Below, in pieces: positions 50,437 to 59,201 of a DNA stretch of 64,000 nt. Origin of the DNA: Candidatus Shapirobacteria bacterium. Lineage in GTDB: Bacteria; Patescibacteriota; Microgenomatia; UBA12405. Both the position numbers and the translations under genes were made by a program. The DNA is taken from NCBI GenBank assembly GCA_041665485.1, contig JBAYIT010000001.1:140270-204269 (forward strand). The letters run 5' to 3'. Numbering within the stretch: position 1 is the stretch's first letter; each line of letters starts with the position of its first letter. The notes under the pieces were generated by a model. That model had not been told where the DNA came from and did no database searches. It worked only from the letters and a program-made list of their open reading frames with translations.

Positions 50437-52887
50437 ATGCAAAAAATATTAGGGGGGGTGGGATTGTTAGTTTTGTTAGCGGCGTTGGCGGGAGGAGTCT
50501 ATCTTTCCCAAAAAAGCCAGGAAACGAGAAGAGGGGCGGCGGGAGGTAATGGAGTGGTGTTGTTTACACCAACAGAGAAAAATTTTAGAGTTGGTGAATT
50601 ACTTGAATCAACAGTGATATTGGATGTGGCCGGTTTGGGGGTAAGTGGAGCAACTGGTTTGTTGGGAGCTGAAGTCAATGTGGCTTATGATACGAATGTG
50701 GTGGGGTATGAAGGGATAGAACCATTATCCGGATATGAATTAATGTTTGATAAGATAGCTGATACAAGAACGGGGACGAATCTTTCTTTGGTTTTTACGA
50801 GAACGACAGCAGAACCGAACGGATCGGTGCAGTTGGCAAAATTGAAGTTTAGAGCTTTGAGGCCGGGTAATGTTAATTTGAAAGTGACGGGTGTATTTTC
50901 TGTGGTTAGATCAGCGACAACTGAATTAGCCAAGATAACGGTGACTGAAGAAAGAAATGCTGTGGCTGGCTATGTGGTGTTGGGTGATGCTTCGCCAACA
51001 GTGAGACCCGTGGTTGACTGTAGTCGATGCAGTGTTCTTTATGATAACCAGGCGGCTAAGTGGAGAGCAGTTGATTGCACTGTATTTCCGGGAGATGAGG
51101 TGGTGGAGAGAATTTATGACCCAGTGAATTGTCCACTGGCTCCGGCTTCAACCCGGAGAGTAAACACTTGTCAAAGATGTAGCACAGTAAACCAAGGACA
51201 GTATGTGTGGTGGGAGATTTCGGAGGGGGAGAGCTGTAATCGTGATCCGGCGCCCGGGGCTAAGATTTATCGAGCAGAGGGGGTGGCGATGTGTTTGACA
51301 ACGACACCAACAGTGAGTGTTGTTCCGGCTAAACCGATCGTTCTTACGATTGATTGTGCCAGAAAAGAAGCAAAAGGAGTTATTGCCGGCGGTTTGTCAA
51401 ATCAGAGAAATTTATGGTTGGTGATTCGTGATATGGTTACTGGCGATAAGATTATTCGCACTTATGTTGAGTCGTGGAGTGATACTTTGGCGGTGATAAA
51501 CACAGCTTCGGGAACATTGATTTCAATTCGGACAGGACAGGGGTATGTGTCGAGAATGTCTTTAATTGCTGATAGGCATTACGAAGTTTCAATTTATTCG
51601 GCGCCGTTTACGACGGGAATACCGACTTTTGGAACACCGTTGGCGCAGGGTGATTTGCATTATGATTGCCCGACGGTGGGTTTGACTTCGACACCAATTC
51701 CAACTCCAACTCCAACTTCTATAACCCCTACTTTGACTCCAACACCAACTCCAACAATAGCACCTTTGTCGTGTGGAGGGAGGTGTTATGGAGATGCTGA
51801 TTGCGCTAGTGGCTATACCTGTTTTCCGGTAGGAATGGATCGGTGTGAGGGGATTGCTTGGCCAACAGTGAAGAAATTTACTTCAGGAGAAAGACTTAAT
51901 ACACTGGAGATGGCAGACATAAAGAGAAGGTGTCCGGATTCGGTGGCGATAGTAAATAACATTGTGGCTGATCCGGAAAGAATGGTGGGCCAATGCCGAA
52001 AAGAAGAATGTGTGACCGATAAGAACTGTGCTTGTACACCCAGGTTTGGTTGCACTAGCGACAGCGGTTGTGAATCTTGGGAAAGGTGTGATGTGGCCAG
52101 AAATGTTTGCTTGTCTAATACCTGCGATATTGATGCTGATTGCCCATCTGACAGAAGGTGTATTAATAGGGTTTGCTTATCAAAAACGGTTAGCGAGGAT
52201 ATCGTTTCTCTGTCTATGAGTGGTGTTTCTCAAGCAGTTGTTGGCCAGCCGTTTGTGGTAACAATTAAATACAATACCGGAGACCTGAACAAGAAGGTGT
52301 CGGGATTGAAAATGACTTTTAAGGTGCCATCGGGTAGCTTTAAAATTTTGTCAAACATGGTTAGTGACGATTTTAAGGGAACTGGTAGTTCGACGCTTGT
52401 TACTGGCGACGGAATGACTAGCTCAGTGGAGTTTAATCTGGTGTCACTTAAAACATTTGAGGAATTGAAATCGAGCGGAGTGGCAGTGGAGATAAAAATA
52501 ATGCCATTAGTAACAGGAGTGTTTGTTGGCTCTGAAGATGGTGCAATAAGACTATTTACGACGGAAGTGGTGGGAAAGACTGTTTCTGGTGGGAGCATTT
52601 CTTATCCAATTGGCGGAGAAGTTAATCTTCCTATTACAGTAGTAAGTGGACCAACAATATCAGCTGATATTTGTCGTTTTTGTCCGAGTGGTGAGAGACT
52701 GGTTGGAGACGCTAATTGTGATGGCGCTCCGAGCATGCTCGACTTTGAAGTCTGGCGGAGTGCGATGTTTGATAAAACTCCACTTAGCCAGAGAGCGATG
52801 GCAGATATGGACTGCACCGGAGACGTAAAAATGCTTGACTTTGAAGTCTGGCGGAGTGCTTTCTTTGATAAAGTTTATGCCAATTAA
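50437..52887 (+). CDS. Membrane-anchored cohesin-like / Cys-rich / dockerin-like surface protein
   Basis: GAEVNVAYD, PT linker, Cys-rich modules, VSGLKMTF, GDANCDG..SMLDF...ADMDCTGDVKMLDF. Confidence 0.7.
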   Translation: MQKILGGVGLLVLLAALAGGVYLSQKSQETRRGAAGGNGVVLFTPTEKNFRVGELLESTVILDVAGLGVSGATGLLGAEVNVAYDTNVVGYEGIEPLSGYELMFDKIADTRTGTNLSLVFTRTTAEPNGSVQLAKLKFRALRPGNVNLKVTGVFSVVRSATTELAKITVTEERNAVAGYVVLGDASPTVRPVVDCSRCSVLYDNQAAKWRAVDCTVFPGDEVVERIYDPVNCPLAPASTRRVNTCQRCSTVNQGQYVWWEISEGESCNRDPAPGAKIYRAEGVAMCLTTTPTVSVVPAKPIVLTIDCARKEAKGVIAGGLSNQRNLWLVIRDMVTGDKIIRTYVESWSDTLAVINTASGTLISIRTGQGYVSRMSLIADRHYEVSIYSAPFTTGIPTFGTPLAQGDLHYDCPTVGLTSTPIPTPTPTSITPTLTPTPTPTIAPLSCGGRCYGDADCASGYTCFPVGMDRCEGIAWPTVKKFTSGERLNTLEMADIKRRCPDSVAIVNNIVADPERMVGQCRKEECVTDKNCACTPRFGCTSDSGCESWERCDVARNVCLSNTCDIDADCPSDRRCINRVCLSKTVSEDIVSLSMSGVSQAVVGQPFVVTIKYNTGDLNKKVSGLKMTFKVPSGSFKILSNMVSDDFKGTGSSTLVTGDGMTSSVEFNLVSLKTFEELKSSGVAVEIKIMPLVTGVFVGSEDGAIRLFTTEVVGKTVSGGSISYPIGGEVNLPITVVSGPTISADICRFCPSGERLVGDANCDGAPSMLDFEVWRSAMFDKTPLSQRAMADMDCTGDVKMLDFEVWRSAFFDKVYAN

Positions 52888-53342
52888 TGAGAAATAAAAT
52901 AATTTTGGGATTGATTGGGTTATTAGTGGTAGGGGGAGTGGTGATGGTAGCAATGAAGGTATTGCCGGGGGTGTTAGAGAAGAAGACGAATGAAGCAGTG
53001 GTGGTGATAGAGTGGAAAAAGGCTAATGGCCAATATGAGTTAGTGATCAATGGTGGCGAGAGAAAGGTGACGGCGGTTTCTTTAGAGGGAACGGGAGCAG
53101 TAACTAAAATTGAGACAGAGACTAGAGATGGATTGGTGGGAGAAATGGGGAAAACGATTAAAGGCGGAAGCTGGCGATGGGGGGCAGGAGTGTTGGGCCC
53201 GGCGGATAAAATAGAGACTGGCAAACAAGTGTGGGCGAGGTTTGAAGTTGGAGAGGGTGGAGTAAAGGCGAAAGGCTCGGTGGTGTTGGCCAAGCAAGGT
53301 GATAAGCCGGCAGAGGAAATTGAAGTTGAAGGAGGGATTTGA
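52887..53342 (+). CDS. Hypothetical membrane-anchored protein (possible degenerate cohesin)
   Basis: N-terminal TM, beta-rich, in cohesin operon. Confidence 0.5.
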   Translation: MRNKIILGLIGLLVVGGVVMVAMKVLPGVLEKKTNEAVVVIEWKKANGQYELVINGGERKVTAVSLEGTGAVTKIETETRDGLVGEMGKTIKGGSWRWGAGVLGPADKIETGKQVWARFEVGEGGVKAKGSVVLAKQGDKPAEEIEVEGGI

Positions 53343-54097
53343 TGATTAAGTGGCTGGTTTTGGGGTTAAGTTTTTTGTGTTTTGCTACGGGTGTTTTAGC
53401 GGAGGATAAGGTAATAGTCAGGGTTGAGGCGCCAGGGAATGGGGAAATAAAATTGGGGGAAAAAATAACTTTGGAAGTGGTGGTTGAGGCAGGGGGGGCA
53501 AGGCTTTCGGCGGTTGATGTTGATTTGAGTTACGACTCGACTAAGATGACGGTGAATAAGGTGACAATGGGAGAGGCGATGTCGAAATTAAAAGCAACGG
53601 AAGCGGGAGGGGTGGTGAGTTTGGCGGGAGTGATCATGAGTGGTAATAGTGATTTGGTGACGGGCAGGATTAATCTGGGGACAATTGAAATTACTGGTAA
53701 AACGGCTGGAAAGATTGGTTTTACCTTAAAACGAATGGAAATAGTTGGCTATGGGGCAGGAAAAAGTGTGGTGGGAGTGGTGAGTGAGTATGGAGGGATG
53801 GTGGCGACAGGGGCGTCAGCCTTACCCACTTCTACTGGCGCTGGGACACCAACTTTGCCTGTTTCAAATTCTGACTGTAAAAAGGCAAATCTTGATTTAA
53901 GCAGTAAAGATGTTGGAATGGCAGATGGAAATGTTGATACACTCGATTACTCGTTTGCAAAAACAAGAGCTTTGGCAAGGGCAAGAGCAAATAGTGGTGG
54001 CTTATTGATGGCTGATATTAACGGGGACTGTATAGAGAATATGGCTGATTTGGGCTTGATAATAAGGCAAATGATATTGAAAATGGAGAGCCTCTAG
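53339..54097 (+). CDS. Secreted cohesin-like + dockerin-like protein
   Basis: LSAVDVDLSYD; DGNVDTLDY...ADINGDCIENMADL. Confidence 0.7.
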   Translation: MMIKWLVLGLSFLCFATGVLAEDKVIVRVEAPGNGEIKLGEKITLEVVVEAGGARLSAVDVDLSYDSTKMTVNKVTMGEAMSKLKATEAGGVVSLAGVIMSGNSDLVTGRINLGTIEITGKTAGKIGFTLKRMEIVGYGAGKSVVGVVSEYGGMVATGASALPTSTGAGTPTLPVSNSDCKKANLDLSSKDVGMADGNVDTLDYSFAKTRALARARANSGGLLMADINGDCIENMADLGLIIRQMILKMESL

Positions 54098-54128
54098 AAA
54101 CCTTAAGTGTGATATATTATCTTAGTTT

Positions 54129-54295
54129 GGGGTGATTAGCCCCACCTTCGTCCCGATAGCTATTGGGACTACGGCGGGCAAGTCAGTTAAAGTTGAGTAG
54201 TTTAACAATTTGGGTGTGGGGATACCCCACAATTAGAGTTAGAGCACTCCGACGTGACGTCGGAGGGGTCAATGGTTCGAGTAGTTTAAAAATTT
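54129..54295 (+). pseudogene. Degenerate tRNA-Ile fragments interrupted by palindromes
   Basis: gggtgattagc[palindrome]tcagtt; gggtg[palindrome]attag...ttagagcac[palindrome]ggggtcaatggttcgagt. Confidence 0.65.
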
Positions 54296-54369
54296 GGGTG
54301 ATTAGCTCAGTTGGTTAGAGCACCGTCCTGATAAGACGGGGGTCAATAGTTCGAGTCTATTATCACCCA
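54296..54369 (+). tRNA. tRNA-Ile(GAT)
   Basis: GGGTGAT/ATCACCC acceptor, CCGTC-CTGATAA-GACGG anticodon arm, TTCGAGT T-loop; CCA not encoded. Confidence 0.95.
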
Positions 54370-54374
54370 CACAA

Positions 54375-54650
54375 ATGCTAGGATATGTATATATTCTCGT
54401 GAGTGAGAAAAATGGTAGATATTATGTTGGTAGTAGCTTTGACCCAAAGAAGAGATTGGTTGAATTTCATAATTGTGGCAAAGTGAAGGCAACTAAATAT
54501 ATGACTCCATGGAAAATTGTTTTTGTCCAACAATATGAAGATGTTTCTATGGCTAGGAAAATCGAGCGTAGAATAAAAACCCTTAAATCAAGGAAAATCA
54601 TTGAAAAGATAATTGAGGATGGCAAATGTAATATAATAACTAGTGGTTAG
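54375..54650 (+). CDS. Stand-alone GIY-YIG nuclease
   Basis: YVYIL...YYVGSS...RL..HN.G...TK..PW...ARKIE..IK. Confidence 0.9.
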   Translation: MLGYVYILVSEKNGRYYVGSSFDPKKRLVEFHNCGKVKATKYMTPWKIVFVQQYEDVSMARKIERRIKTLKSRKIIEKIIEDGKCNIITSG

Positions 54651-54705
54651 AGCACTCCGACGTGACGTCGGAGGGGTCAATAGTTCGAGTCTATTATCAC
54701 CCACA
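54644..54705 (+). repeat. Direct repeat of tRNA-Ile 3' two-thirds with replaced anticodon arm
   Basis: tggttagagcac[tccgacgtgacgtcgga]ggggtcaatagttcgagtctattatcacccaca vs 54312-54371. Confidence 0.85.
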
Positions 54706-54828
54706 AGCAATTTTGCTCAAGCAAAATTGAAATTTTCAATTTCCAATAACCAATTTACAAAATAAAAATGAGAAAAATTGATTTTATAAAAACATTGGGG
54801 ATAGTAATGGCGGTGGTGTTGGTGGTAT

Positions 54829-56100
54829 TTGGGGGAATTGAAAATTTGTGGAGAACGATTAAAAGCATTAAGTATTAAATTAAGAATCAAGAACTTAGAG
54901 CTAAGAACTAAGATTTTTTTCTTTGTAATTTTGATCCTAGTGGTGATGGGAGGGGCGGGGTGGTGGTTTATGAGAGGAGAGGATGGGGGAATTTTGTCAC
55001 CTTTGGGAATGAAGAAACAAGAGAATGGCCTTAAAATAGTTGGTTTTTTGCCGACTTGGATGGTGGGCAAAACAAAAATCTATGGGGAAGAACTGGACAG
55101 GTTGGTATTTTTGGGAGTAGAAGTAAATGAAAAGGGAGATTTGGTTTGGGATGTTCAGGGAAAAAAGATAAATAATCCTGACTACCTTAAAATAAAGGAG
55201 GAGATTAAAAAGACAGGGGGCGAAAATATTTTGGGAGTGAAGTTGTTTAAAGACGAAAAACTGAAAAAGTTGATGGCTAGCAGTGAGGCGAGGGGGAGGC
55301 TAGTGGAGCAAGTAATGGCAGCAGTAGAGGCAGGTAATTTTGACGGGGTTAACCTTGATTTTGAGTATCAATATGACCCGCTGGCGGTGACGGAGGAAGT
55401 TTTTTTGGGATTAATTGCCGAAATGAGGGGGGCGGGGATTGAAAACATAAGCCTGGACGTGTTTGCTAACACAATTATTAAGAGCGGATATGAAAGACTC
55501 TTCAAGCTGGTGGGGGCGGTTGATGAGGTATTGGTGATGGCTTATGATTTTCACGCCAGTGGAAGTAGTAGCGCCGGGCCGGTGGCGCCATTGGGGGCAC
55601 CAACGGGTGAGAGAAGTATTTTGGAAGTGTTGGAGAAAATTGAAAGTAGCGGGGTGGATAAAAACAAAATAACGATTGCTTTGCCTTTATATGGCTACCA
55701 ATGGAAGACGGAAACGACCGAACTCGGATCACCGGCAACAGATTATGTGGCAATGTTGACTTATGCAAAAATGGGGGAATTTTTGCAGAGTGACGAGTTT
55801 TTAGGTAGAGTTAATCAAAATTGGGACGAATTGAGCGCCACGCCATGGATATGGCTCAAAAAGCAGGAGACAGTGAGCTGGAAAGAGAGGGTTAAAGTGG
55901 GAAAAGTGTGGAAAACGGTGGCAAAATCGAAACAGGTTGAGGTGATACATCAGGTTTATTACGAAGACCAGAGGAGCCTAATGGAAAAAATTAAGGCAAT
56001 TCGAGAGGCAGGAATAAATAGTATTGGCTTTTGGGCACTAGGGTATGAGGGAGAGACGAATTTGCTTGGTACAATAAGAAATGATCAAAACGATAATTGA
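54829..56100 (+). CDS. Glycoside hydrolase family 18 protein (start uncertain)
   Basis: FDGVNLDFEY, VMAYDFH, AGPVAP, LPLYGYQW, GFWALG. Confidence 0.85.
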   Translation: MGELKICGERLKALSIKLRIKNLELRTKIFFFVILILVVMGGAGWWFMRGEDGGILSPLGMKKQENGLKIVGFLPTWMVGKTKIYGEELDRLVFLGVEVNEKGDLVWDVQGKKINNPDYLKIKEEIKKTGGENILGVKLFKDEKLKKLMASSEARGRLVEQVMAAVEAGNFDGVNLDFEYQYDPLAVTEEVFLGLIAEMRGAGIENISLDVFANTIIKSGYERLFKLVGAVDEVLVMAYDFHASGSSSAGPVAPLGAPTGERSILEVLEKIESSGVDKNKITIALPLYGYQWKTETTELGSPATDYVAMLTYAKMGEFLQSDEFLGRVNQNWDELSATPWIWLKKQETVSWKERVKVGKVWKTVAKSKQVEVIHQVYYEDQRSLMEKIKAIREAGINSIGFWALGYEGETNLLGTIRNDQNDN

Positions 56101-56752
56101 TTTCTTTTTGCATATTGATAAAAATTTGGCTTGGATAATTGGAGCCTTTGGGGGGTGGAGCTATGCCATATTATTTTTGGTTATTTTTGTGGAGACAGGG
56201 TTGGTGATAATGCCGTTTTTACCGGGTGATTCTTTGCTTTTTGCGGCGGGAGCCTTAACGGCTTCTTTGGGGGTATTTAATATATTTTTGTTGTGGGGAT
56301 TAATGATAATGGCGGCATTTGTTGGGGACACAGTCAATTATTGGATAGGACATACTATTGGGTCGAAAGCTTTTGACCCAAATTACAGGTTAAAAGTTTT
56401 CAGTTACGAGTTACGAGTTTCGAAAATACTGAAACCAGAATATTTAATCAAAGCGCAGGGATTTTATGATAAACATGGGGGGAAGGCGATAATACTGGCC
56501 CGTTTTGTGCCGATTGTGCGAACTTTTGCCCCATTTGTGGCCGGGGTGAGCAAAATGAGCTACCCTAAGTTTTTATCGTTTAATTTGGTGGGAGGAGCCC
56601 TGTGGGTGTCGGCGTTTGTGTGGGGAGGGTACTTGTTTGGAAATATACCATTGGTTAAGGATAATTTTCACTATTCAGTGGTTTTGATTGTGTTAATTTC
56701 GGTAGTGCCGATTGGGGTGGAGTGGGTGAAAAGTAGGAGGGCAAGAATTTAA
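56081..56752 (+). CDS. DedA family membrane protein
   Basis: FVETGL..PFLPGDSLLFAAG, ARFVPIVRTFAPFVAG. Confidence 0.93.
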   Translation: MIKTIIDFFLHIDKNLAWIIGAFGGWSYAILFLVIFVETGLVIMPFLPGDSLLFAAGALTASLGVFNIFLLWGLMIMAAFVGDTVNYWIGHTIGSKAFDPNYRLKVFSYELRVSKILKPEYLIKAQGFYDKHGGKAIILARFVPIVRTFAPFVAGVSKMSYPKFLSFNLVGGALWVSAFVWGGYLFGNIPLVKDNFHYSVVLIVLISVVPIGVEWVKSRRARI

Positions 56753-56816
56753 GAATCTGCGAATCTAGAATTTAGAAATAAGACTAAAGATTGGTGTAAA
56801 ATAGAGAAAATAAAAT

Positions 56817-57992
56817 ATGGTTGATAAAGGGGTAATTGAAACTGTTAGAGGACATGATGGTGTATTTCGACCGATTGGTGTGGTAGCCGAGAGTGGGGGA
56901 GTGGGAGAAGAGGAGTCGAGGTTGGCAAGGAGGGGTGCGTTTGTGGAAAGGTTAGTCGGAGAGAGATGTGGGAATCGAAGACCATATGGTGAAGAAGCCA
57001 TGCGGTTATTTAATTTAAGGAGGGAGTGGGAGGATAATTGTAAGAAGACTGGCTGTGTTGAACAATGGCGGTGGGGAGAGCCAAGATATTTACGGGCGGC
57101 GGTTGGCGACGGGGAGGCAGGAGAAGAAGGGGGTTGGCTGGATGAAGAGTATAAAAGGTATTTAACAGGGGTGGTTGGTGTAGAGCTAGTGGGGGAGAAA
57201 AAAGTTGTTTCTGGAAAACCATGGGAGGTGGCGGAGGCTCCGATTGACGGGCCTCGTTGGCGGAGAGTAGCAGAGCAGTTGGAACCGATTTTAAACCATT
57301 CATCCGGTGGAAGTAACTGTGTTCCAGAAGTAGCAACTTGGTGGGTGGCTTTAGCGAGAGGTGTGGACGGGACTGATAATTTGGAGAGATTAAGGAATGA
57401 GGTAATGGCAGATGTAGCTAGGGTTAGGCAAGATAGAAGCTTTACAAGGGGAAGATCTGATTGGTTGGATTCCAAATATCTTTATCGTGGATTAAGTGCA
57501 ACTATTGACGACAGTGGAGTTGGTCCGGGCAGACTGGGAGATACGATTCCGTATATAGATTTTTTGGGAACTAATGGTTTTTCTTGGCAAGAGCCGCAGG
57601 TTAAACAATTGGAAAGAGTAGTTAATTCGGCGGACGCTGGTAGGGTCATTTTGTCAAATTTTGCTGGGACACAAGAGCGATTTTGGGGACATCCAGTGAT
57701 AGCTTTAAATGTAATTAGTGAAATCGACGCTAGAGTAGTGATAACAAAGCCGGAGAATGAGTTTTTCAGAGAGGCAAAGTTTGGCCAACAGAGGGCACCG
57801 AGAGTAGGAGAAAAATGGACGTTAATTGGGGCACATTATGCGATGATAATAGGTTGGGACGAGAAACAGTTTATGGTGTTAGATCCACAGACGGGGATGG
57901 TTTTGGGAGTAAACAGAGATCTCTTTAACCAGAGACTGAAAGCTAGCGACTTAGTTTTGGATGGAGCAATTACGATTGATACAAGTAGATAG
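56817..57992 (+). CDS. Hypothetical protein with C39-like cysteine peptidase motifs
   Basis: SNCVP...AHYAMIIGWDEKQFMVLDP. Confidence 0.5.
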   Translation: MVDKGVIETVRGHDGVFRPIGVVAESGGVGEEESRLARRGAFVERLVGERCGNRRPYGEEAMRLFNLRREWEDNCKKTGCVEQWRWGEPRYLRAAVGDGEAGEEGGWLDEEYKRYLTGVVGVELVGEKKVVSGKPWEVAEAPIDGPRWRRVAEQLEPILNHSSGGSNCVPEVATWWVALARGVDGTDNLERLRNEVMADVARVRQDRSFTRGRSDWLDSKYLYRGLSATIDDSGVGPGRLGDTIPYIDFLGTNGFSWQEPQVKQLERVVNSADAGRVILSNFAGTQERFWGHPVIALNVISEIDARVVITKPENEFFREAKFGQQRAPRVGEKWTLIGAHYAMIIGWDEKQFMVLDPQTGMVLGVNRDLFNQRLKASDLVLDGAITIDTSR

Positions 57993-58247
57993 AAAATAGC
58001 GAGTGATTTGGTGGGTTGATTATATTGAGATAATTAGATAGAATAGGTGCACTTGATGCTAGAAGGAGAAATAAAGTTTAACGGAATGGGGAGGGGGAGT
58101 ATCGCGTAGATTTTGTTTGGGAGAATGGAATTGGCCGAAGGCATCAAGCTTTCGGCATTTTTTTTGCCGAAAATCGTACATTAAATCAGGCTTGGGCCCG
58201 CCTACGTTGCACTACGGCGAGGTAAACCTGTGGCTTAGTCTAATGAT

Positions 58248-58321
58248 GGGCCCATGGCTCAGTTGGCTAGAGCACCTCATTTGCAATGAGGAGGTCAGGA
58301 GTTCGAGCCTCCTTGGGTCCA
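58248..58321 (+). tRNA. tRNA-Ala(TGC)
   Basis: GGGCCCA/TGGGTCC acceptor with G3:U70; CCTCA-TTTGCAA-TGAGG. Confidence 0.96.
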
Positions 58322-58704
58322 CAACAAGTTAAAAGTCCGAAAAGTGGAAAGTTAAAAAGTAGTTAGAAACAGAGGAAGTCAAACTTCCTCTGAACTGACT
58401 ACAACAGTACATTAACAATCTGTTGAATCGAAATTCCGAAGACACTTTGTCCGTGTCTTTGGAAAACTATTATTATCGAAACTAATAGGCCGGTAATAAT
58501 AGAGTTTTAGCGACTAAATTGAGTTGCTAAATTGTTGATAAATTTTAATAAAGCAAATGGTGGATGCCTAGGTAGTCGAGACCGATGAAGGACGCAGAAG
58601 GCGGCGAAACAGATTGGGGAGTTGCCAACAAACGGTGATCCAATCAAATCCGAATGGAGAAATCCCGGCCCGAGCAATCGGGCTGAGCCACTGTTTCACG
58701 GAGA

Positions 58705-58828
58705 TAACAAATTACAAATCTACAAGTTCCAAGCAAATCACAAATTCAAAATTACAAGTTCCAGATGTTATATTTGAAATTTGTTTTTTGGAAATTGTTT
58801 GGAAATTGTTTTTTGTGAATTTGGAATT
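58705..58828 (+). repeat. 23S insertion 1 (~helix 10): inverted heptamer-repeat hairpin
   Basis: aaattac/aagttcc units then complementary ggaaatt/tttgttt units, closed by stem ccactgtttcacgga/tctgtgaagcggtgg. Confidence 0.8.
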
Positions 58829-59161
58829 TCTGTGAAGCGGTGGCGGGTAAGCCGGGGAAGTGAAACATCTCAGTACCCGGAGGAAAAGAAATCGTATTCC
58901 GTCGTAAGACGGACATAGGAGATTCCGTTAGTAGCGGTGAGCGAAAACGGAAAAGCCCAAACCTGTCGCAAGACAGGGGTTGTAGGGTTTGGTATAAGGC
59001 ATTGAAAATCCAGAAAAACGTCCTGGAATGGGCGGCCAAAGAGGGTGAGAGCCCCGTATTTAAATGATAAGTAAATGCTGACCAAATACCTGAGTACTAC
59101 GGGACACGCGAAATGCCGTAGGAACCTGGGGAGACCAATCTCCAAGGCTAAATATCTCGAC

Positions 59162-59201
<40 letters not shown>

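Noticed and set aside
51690-51760. actcca/acacca hexamer repeats
   Set aside because: Ordinary Pro-Thr linker codons, unrelated to the 7-bp tracts
54644-54705. Second functional tRNA
   Set aside because: Lacks the 5' acceptor strand and has a non-canonical anticodon loop; treated as a repeat
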